This document shows positions 58,235-64,000 of a DNA stretch of 64,000 nucleotides, in pieces. Position 1 is the stretch's first letter. Every line of letters starts with the position of its first letter. This DNA comes from Myxococcota bacterium (lineage in GTDB: Bacteria; Myxococcota_A; UBA9160; UBA6930), in the NCBI GenBank assembly GCA_965223705.1, contig OZ245015.1:2208001-2272000 (forward strand), read 5' to 3'. A model generated the notes under the pieces. That model had not been told where the DNA came from. It worked only from the letters and a program-made list of their open reading frames with translations, and made no database searches. Made by a program: the position numbers and the translations under genes.

Positions 58235-60325
58235 TCACCCTCCGCCGACGGTTGCGCTTTCCTGTTTCTTCACGGCCTTGCGCGCCTGCTGACGGATGTA
58301 GTGGAAGAGCTCTTTCAACTGCGTCTCCGAGAACGAGTCGAAGTTCGGCATGCCGAGGGGACGTCGGCCTTCGATCATCACGGTCTTGAAGCTCTCCCAG
58401 TTTTGGGGCGTGGGGGCGGCGCGTAGGTCCGGCGCCATCCCGCCCGAGACGACGGCGGGGCCATGACACCAGAGGCAAACCTCGGCGAAGGTCTTGGAGC
58501 CCTTGGCGGCCATCGCCTCGTCGATCTGCAAGTCGGGTACGTCGACAGGGACGGCGAAGGAGGGCCCCGGCGTCGGAGGCATCGGAACCTCGCCGCCGAG
58601 CGCAAAGGTAAAGAGCCGCCGGGGCTGCGCTTTGTAGGCCCAGCCGTACTGGGCGGCGAGCGAACCGAAGCGGAGGCCGCCGCCGCCCCAGCCCACCAAC
58701 AACGAGACGTACTGTTGCCCGTCGACGCTGTAGGTAATCGGAGGGGCCGTGATGCCGAGCCCCAGATTCTGCGTCCAGAGTTCCTCTCCGGTGGTGGCGT
58801 CGTAGGCCACGAAATCGCCGCTAGCCCGCCCCTGGAAGACCAGGTTGCCCGCCGTCGTGAGCGTGCCTCCGTTCCAGTTCTTCGGCAGGTCGAGACGCCA
58901 GGCTTCCTTCTGCTTGATCGGATCCCACGCCAAGAGGGCCGCCGCACCGTAGTTGGGCGGCGCGTCTTCTTCGCCGAACGCGACACCGGCGCTGAGGTTG
59001 AACTTGGGCGACTTCCAGTTCTTGATGTCGACACCTTGATCGGAGTAGATCGCGGCGGCTTCGATGATCGGGATGTAGGCCAGGCCCGTCATCGGGTTGT
59101 ACGACATGGCGTGCCAGCTGTGGACGCCAAACGGACCGGGCCAGATCTGCTCGGACCCGTCCTCGTAACGCGAGCCTTCGACCTCGACCGGGCGGCCGGT
59201 TTCCATATCGATATGACTCGCCCAGGTGACCTTGCCGATCTTCTCCGCCGATAGAAGCTTCCCATTCGATCGATCGATGACGTAGAAGAAACCGTTCTTC
59301 GGCGCGTGGAGGAGCGCCTTCACGACCTTGCCGTCGATGGTGAGATCCGCCAGGACGATGTCCATGTTCGAGTTGTAGTCCCAGGTCTCTCCCGGAACCT
59401 GCTGGTAGTGCCACTTGTAGGCGCCGGTTTCGGGATCGAGTGCGACCAATGAGCAGAGGAACAGGTTGTCTCCGCCCCCGGGGCTCCGGATCTTGCGGTT
59501 CCAGGGCGAGCCGTTCCCGGTTCCGATGATTAGCTGATCAAATTCCGGGTCGTAGGTAATGCCGTGCCAGACGTTTCCACCGCCGCCGAACTTCCACCAC
59601 TCGCCGGTCCAGGTCTTCGCGGCCATCTCCATGGCCGGGTTCTCGAAACCGTCCGCGGGATTGCCCGGCACGATGTAGAACTTCCAGGCTTCCTCGCCGG
59701 TTTCCGCGTCGTAGGCGACCACATAGCCGCGAGCCGCTTCGTTTTCCGTGCCGCCGTTCCCGATGAGGACCTTGCCTCGGAACACTTTCGGAGCGCCCGT
59801 GATGTAGTAGGCCTTCCCTTCTTCGATCGTGTCGACTTCCCAGACGCGCTGACCGGTCTTCGCGTCGATGGCGACCAGGCGGCCATCGATCGTGGCGATG
59901 AACACCTTGCCGTTCCAGTAGGCCAGACCGCGGCTGTCGTCGGTCATGATCCGGAGGCGGTCGCCCGCATGTTCAATGGACTGCGGGTCGTATCGCCACA
60001 GGACCTCGCCGGTTCGGACGTCGACGGCGCGAACCCGGCTGTAGCTCCCGGTGAAGTACATGATCCCGTCGACCACCAGCGGCGTGGAGACCAAGGTTCG
60101 GTCGTTGGGGAGATCGAGCACCCACTGAATGCCGATTTTGTCGACGTTTTCGTGATTGATCTGGTTCAGAGGGCTGAACCGCTTCTCGCTGTAGGTCTTG
60201 CCGTAAGCGAGCCAGTTGGCGCCGTCGCTCTCGTCCGCCAGTGCCGCGTCTTTCACGACGGTCTGCGCGTCGGCAGTGACGGCGAAGCAAGAGAGCAAGA
60301 GCAGGCTGAGAGCGAAACGCACCAT
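58235..60325 (-). CDS. PQQ-dependent quinohemoprotein dehydrogenase (type II ADH-like, C-terminal cytochrome c)
   Basis: Signal peptide; RFSPLNQI, GTGNGSPW, WDYN, PKNGFFY; CLWCH heme motif. Confidence 0.93.
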   Translation of the reverse strand: MVRFALSLLLLSCFAVTADAQTVVKDAALADESDGANWLAYGKTYSEKRFSPLNQINHENVDKIGIQWVLDLPNDRTLVSTPLVVDGIMYFTGSYSRVRAVDVRTGEVLWRYDPQSIEHAGDRLRIMTDDSRGLAYWNGKVFIATIDGRLVAIDAKTGQRVWEVDTIEEGKAYYITGAPKVFRGKVLIGNGGTENEAARGYVVAYDAETGEEAWKFYIVPGNPADGFENPAMEMAAKTWTGEWWKFGGGGNVWHGITYDPEFDQLIIGTGNGSPWNRKIRSPGGGDNLFLCSLVALDPETGAYKWHYQQVPGETWDYNSNMDIVLADLTIDGKVVKALLHAPKNGFFYVIDRSNGKLLSAEKIGKVTWASHIDMETGRPVEVEGSRYEDGSEQIWPGPFGVHSWHAMSYNPMTGLAYIPIIEAAAIYSDQGVDIKNWKSPKFNLSAGVAFGEEDAPPNYGAAALLAWDPIKQKEAWRLDLPKNWNGGTLTTAGNLVFQGRASGDFVAYDATTGEELWTQNLGLGITAPPITYSVDGQQYVSLLVGWGGGGLRFGSLAAQYGWAYKAQPRRLFTFALGGEVPMPPTPGPSFAVPVDVPDLQIDEAMAAKGSKTFAEVCLWCHGPAVVSGGMAPDLRAAPTPQNWESFKTVMIEGRRPLGMPNFDSFSETQLKELFHYIRQQARKAVKKQESATVGGG

Positions 60326-60477
60326 GGGTCTGGGTCCTCCGGGCACCAACGTAACCCGAGCGGTCGGGCCGACTCAACTTCGGGGGATCGAGGCCTCGGG
60401 CCGGCGGAACCGCGGGGCGATTTCCCTCGGACCGCTCCGAGTTGACATTCCTTCCGCAGAGAAGACTATTGCGTGCT

Positions 60478-61017
60478 ATGCGACCGACCCCCTTGCTCCT
60501 CACGATTCTCCTCATCGCAGTGCTTCTCGGGTGTAGCGCCGACGCTCCGCCGGACTCGCCCGCCGAGTCCGACCGATCGACGCCGGTCGTAGAAACGTCG
60601 ACGCCGAGCGAACCCCCCGAAGCCGTCGCCGTCCTCCCACCCGCGATCGCTACACCGCGTCCGGGTGCGGGGCCCGAATTGCCATCGATCCAGGTTCGCC
60701 CGCACTCCGTCGAGGAGTTGTTGCGCCTGCCCGCGGAGCCGGAGGCGGGAGCGGAGAATCCGGTGTCGATGCTCCCGGAAAGTACGGGCGACGTGACCGA
60801 TCCTCTCGCTCGGCGCGGTGATCGCCGCGTTCGACTGGAGTTCAGTACGCAGACCGATCGAGCGATCGTGCCGGGCTCCGAGAGAACTCAGACGGACGTC
60901 GGTGTGTCACTCGGTGTTGGAGATCGCACGCGACTCCGAGCCGGGGTCCGCGTCGACGAGGAGGAGGGCCTGGATCGCGAAGAAACGCCCACGCTGGGAA
61001 TCGAGCGCCAGTTCTAG
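60478..61017 (+). CDS. Lipoprotein with Pro-rich linker and C-terminal amphipathic beta-strands
   Basis: Lipobox LLGC; ends LGIERQF. Confidence 0.7.
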   Translation: MRPTPLLLTILLIAVLLGCSADAPPDSPAESDRSTPVVETSTPSEPPEAVAVLPPAIATPRPGAGPELPSIQVRPHSVEELLRLPAEPEAGAENPVSMLPESTGDVTDPLARRGDRRVRLEFSTQTDRAIVPGSERTQTDVGVSLGVGDRTRLRAGVRVDEEEGLDREETPTLGIERQF

Positions 61018-61572
61018 CCGCGTTTACTCGAGCCATCCCAGTCGGCGGCGCAGCGGCCGCGACACAGCGGCCAGCACGTCGTAGAGGCGGGTCTGCCGAC
61101 CTGGCGTTTGTCGGTGCCGCGCAGATGAACGCCCAGGCTGTGACGCCCAGCCAGGTGCGCCGTGTGGAACGCGTCGACCTCGTCGAGAATTTCGGCCCGC
61201 ACCCGCACGTGGCGGTCGATCACACCGGCGGCCTTCGCGCGCTGCTCCGTATACCAACCCGCGTCGAAGCGGACCTTGTCGCGGTGCAAGTGGTACGGAT
61301 ACAAGAAGATGCTCTCCGGTGTACCCGTGTTCAGTCGCGTGAGCCGCGCCTCGTCGAGCAAACGAGCGTCCGGGGGGATGTCGCGCCAGTCGATGTCGCT
61401 GACCGGATCGAAGTAGTACTCCCAGCTGTTTTCACCCCGTTCCGGGCCATAGAACGGATTCGGCCCGTCTGGGAAGCGCGGAGCGATCTCGACGACCGGA
61501 ACGAGGTCCTCACGCTCGCAATAGAGCAGCTGGTTCAGGACGTAAACGACTTGCGCGAAGAATCCCTGTCAC
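61014..61572 (-). pseudogene. NodZ/alpha-1,6-fucosyltransferase-like fragment
   Basis: Frame open from about 61569: GFFAQVVYVLNQL..PVV..ENSWEYYFDPV..LGVHLRGTDK; candidate GTG is out of frame; truncated after the motif. Confidence 0.6.
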
Positions 61573-61699
61573 GGGTCGGATTCCTTCCTTCACATCCCCG
61601 ACCATCGCCACCGGCGCGTTCGCCGCACGATCGATCCCTCGCTAAGCATTGGAGCGCGGGGAACCGCCACGCTCCCGGGCGTGAATTCATGAGGCAAGC

Positions 61700-63187
61700 A
61701 TGGGGTTGGCGGTTACGCAAGAACGGTTTGAGCCCGCGGACTACGGTCGATTCGGCGAGCGTTTGCACCGCAGCCTCGACGTGCTTCGCGCGTTGCTCGA
61801 ACGCCCGGGGTTTGGCGAGCAGCCGGCGTCCATCGGGGCTGAGCTCGAGCTCTCGATCATCGATTCGGAGGCGCGCGCCCTGCCGCTCAATCGGGCCATC
61901 CTCGGCCCCAGCCCGGATCCCCGGCTGCAGCTCGAGCTCGATCGTTTCAACCTCGAACTCAACTTGACGCCGGAGCGCTGCAGCGGCGAGCCCTTCCGGA
62001 ATCTCGAAAACGAAATGGTGGAAGCGCTCGCGTCACTCTCGAGACGCTGCGAGGAGCATCGCGGGCGCGTCGTGGCGATCGGCATTCTCCCGACCCTCCG
62101 ACCGGCGGAGTTGACGTCCTCCTCGATGACCGATCTCCCGCGCTACCGCGCCCTGTCGGCCGGGTTGAAGCGGCTTCGCGGCGATCCCTTCCGAATTCGA
62201 ATCAGCGGCGAAGAACCTCTCGAATTGTCGGTCGACGACGTGACCCTCGAAGGTGCTGCGACCTCCCTGCAGATTCACTTGCTCGTGCCGCCACGCGAGT
62301 TCGCCGCCACCTACAACGCGGTACAACTCACTACCCCGTTGGCGCTGGCCGCGAGCACGAACTCTCCGACTTTTCTCGGCCACCGCTTGTGGGACGAGAC
62401 CCGGGTGGCGCTGTTCAAGCAATCGGTCGATAGCCGTCCGACGGAAGAGCAGCGTTGGCGAGCGCCCGCGCGGGTCTCTTTTGGTCACGGCTGGCTACGA
62501 ACCGGGGCCTACGAACTCTTCCAAGAGGCGGTGTCGCTCTTCCCTCCCCTGCTTCCGGTGCTCGGACCGCAAGATCCGGCAGCCGCCCTGGCGACCGGCG
62601 AGGTTCCGAAACTCGAGGAGCTGCGACTCCATCAGGGAACGGTGTGGCGCTGGAACCGAGCGATTTTTGATCCAGCTGGTGGGGGGCATTTGCGCATCGA
62701 GATGCGCGCTCTGCCGGCGGGCCCGACGCCCGTCGACATGGTGGCGTCAGCCGCGTTTCAGCTAGGGCTCGCGATCGCCCTCCGCGATGACATGGACGAA
62801 CTCATTCCGTCGTTCCCTTTCGAGTACGCGCATTGGAACTTCTACCGAGCGGCCCAAAGCGGGCTCGACGCCAACATTCTCTGGCCATCACGGCGAGCGC
62901 CATCGCCCGCAGAGCGGCCGATCGCCGAGCTCATCTTGGAGATGATCCCGCGCGCCGACGAAGGTCTCGACCGGCTCGGTGTTGCCAGCGGCGAGCGCCG
63001 ACGTTTGCTCGGGATTCTCCGCGACCGCGTTGCGAGCGGCACGACGCCTTCGCAGTGGCAGCACCGGTTCCTCGCACGGCGCGAGGCGCATGCGCATCGA
63101 CAGGATGCCCTCCGAGAGATGCTCGAGTGCTATCTCGAGCACGCCGGGACGGGCGCGCCCGCTCACGAGTGGCCCGATCGCCCGTGA
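61700..63187 (+). CDS. Glutamate--cysteine ligase (GCS2)-like carboxylate-amine ligase
   Basis: GAELEL, ELDRFNLE, TSLQIH, HQGTVWRWNR, HLRIEMRALPAGPT. Confidence 0.85.
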   Translation: MGLAVTQERFEPADYGRFGERLHRSLDVLRALLERPGFGEQPASIGAELELSIIDSEARALPLNRAILGPSPDPRLQLELDRFNLELNLTPERCSGEPFRNLENEMVEALASLSRRCEEHRGRVVAIGILPTLRPAELTSSSMTDLPRYRALSAGLKRLRGDPFRIRISGEEPLELSVDDVTLEGAATSLQIHLLVPPREFAATYNAVQLTTPLALAASTNSPTFLGHRLWDETRVALFKQSVDSRPTEEQRWRAPARVSFGHGWLRTGAYELFQEAVSLFPPLLPVLGPQDPAAALATGEVPKLEELRLHQGTVWRWNRAIFDPAGGGHLRIEMRALPAGPTPVDMVASAAFQLGLAIALRDDMDELIPSFPFEYAHWNFYRAAQSGLDANILWPSRRAPSPAERPIAELILEMIPRADEGLDRLGVASGERRRLLGILRDRVASGTTPSQWQHRFLARREAHAHRQDALREMLECYLEHAGTGAPAHEWPDRP

Positions 63188-63189
63188 CC

Positions 63190-64000
63190 ATGAAGAGCGC
63201 CGCGCTGCTGATCGATGCGTCTGACCTCGAACTCGGGAGCTCCGATACCGAGATGCTCGATGCGCTTCGCGGCCCGACTTGGGTATCCCTCGCCGGTCGC
63301 GATCGATCGCGACTTCGGGTCGCAACGACCTTGCTTCACGGGAACGAGCCGTCGGGCTTTCGAGCCATTCGGAGATATCTGCGCTCCGGTCGCGTGCCCG
63401 CGACGGATCTCTTGTTCTTCTTCGGCTCCGTCTCGGCGGCTCAGATCCTGCCGCGCTTTTCCAATCGAACCCTACTCTCGGGACGCGACCTCAATCGCTG
63501 CTTCCGGCCTCCCTACGACGGAGCCGAGGGACGGCTTGCCGCGACGGTTCTCGCGCGACTCGAAGACCGTCGGCCCGAGGCCCTGATCGATCTCCACAAC
63601 ACGTCGGGTCGCGGCCCGGCCTACGGAGTCCTCATGACGCGCGATCGCGCCTGTCAGCAGGTCGCGGCGCTGTGGGCTCGCCACGTGGTGGTGACGGATC
63701 TTCGGCTCGGCGCACTCACCGAGGCGACGACCCAGCACTTTCCTTCGGCGGTCGTCGAGTGCGGCGGACGCGAAGACCCGGCAGCCGACAGCGTCGCCTG
63801 GTTCGGCCTCCGAGAGTTCGCGGACCGCGCGACGCTGTTCGACCGCGACGCCGCACCGGAAGTGTTCGAGCACCCCGTGCGGATCGAGCTCCGCGCGGGA
63901 TGCGAGATCGCGTTCGCGAGGCAACCGGTGGAACGCGCCGACGTGACGCTCTACCCCGATCTCGATCGCCACAACTTCGGGATGGTCGACGTCGGTGAAC
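63190..64000 (+). CDS. Succinylglutamate desuccinylase/aspartoacylase (M14) family protein, runs off window end
   Basis: Not in the ORF track; hand translation gives TLLHGNEPSG, DLNRCF, IDLHNTSG; ATG 2 nt after GCS2 stop. Confidence 0.85.
   Translation, partial: MKSAALLIDASDLELGSSDTEMLDALRGPTWVSLAGRDRSRLRVATTLLHGNEPSGFRAIRRYLRSGRVPATDLLFFFGSVSAAQILPRFSNRTLLSGRDLNRCFRPPYDGAEGRLAATVLARLEDRRPEALIDLHNTSGRGPAYGVLMTRDRACQQVAALWARHVVVTDLRLGALTEATTQHFPSAVVECGGREDPAADSVAWFGLREFADRATLFDRDAAPEVFEHPVRIELRAGCEIAFARQPVERADVTLYPDLDRHNFGMVDVGE

Noticed and set aside
59370..59385. Lanthanide-dependent PQQ dehydrogenase
   Set aside because: Motif is WDYN; the extra Asp (D-x-D) of XoxF/PedH-type enzymes is absent
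45131..61572. NodI/NodJ-like ABC pair plus NodZ-like fragment as a nodulation system
   Set aside because: No nodABC; both families are widespread; the genes are 14 kb apart and the NodZ-like gene is broken

Overview
A 64 kb, very GC-rich, gene-dense bacterial chromosomal segment. PEP-CTERM proteins, sigma54 promoters, many LLM/F420-type oxidoreductases and PQQ enzymes suggest an environmental Gram-negative, possibly Myxococcota-like (inference only). I see no rRNA, tRNA, CRISPR array or transposase. Content: about 55 CDS, mostly accessory catabolic and transport genes. They include a Rieske oxygenase/NicX-like module with its own two-component system, an ion/osmotic block (TrkH, two MscS, Na/Pi), a 16.5 kb minus-strand catabolic cluster (PQQ quinohemoprotein, BKACE-like, LLMs, Mo-hydroxylase, hydantoinase, DUF917, ABC-2, PPi-PFK), and several gene fragments. 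Best candidate for an undescribed system: a small sigma54 regulon. Paired CGG(A/C)CA-N4-TGNCCG-like boxes sit 38-39 nt upstream of three sigma54 promoters. One box covers the start of a bEBP gene with a degenerate receiver. Two of the target genes, 24 kb apart, are mutual paralogs that look like internally deleted, catalytically dead acetylglutamate-kinase (AAK-fold) proteins. Other signals: a leader-peptide attenuator with competing antiterminator/terminator hairpins before a MATE pump, an RSPP-tailed membrane uORF before trkH, twin 7-2-7 operator pairs linking the Rieske oxygenase to its reductase, and an in-frame CMD-stop-GNAT-PPOX arrangement. All family calls come from motif recognition by eye, not database searches.
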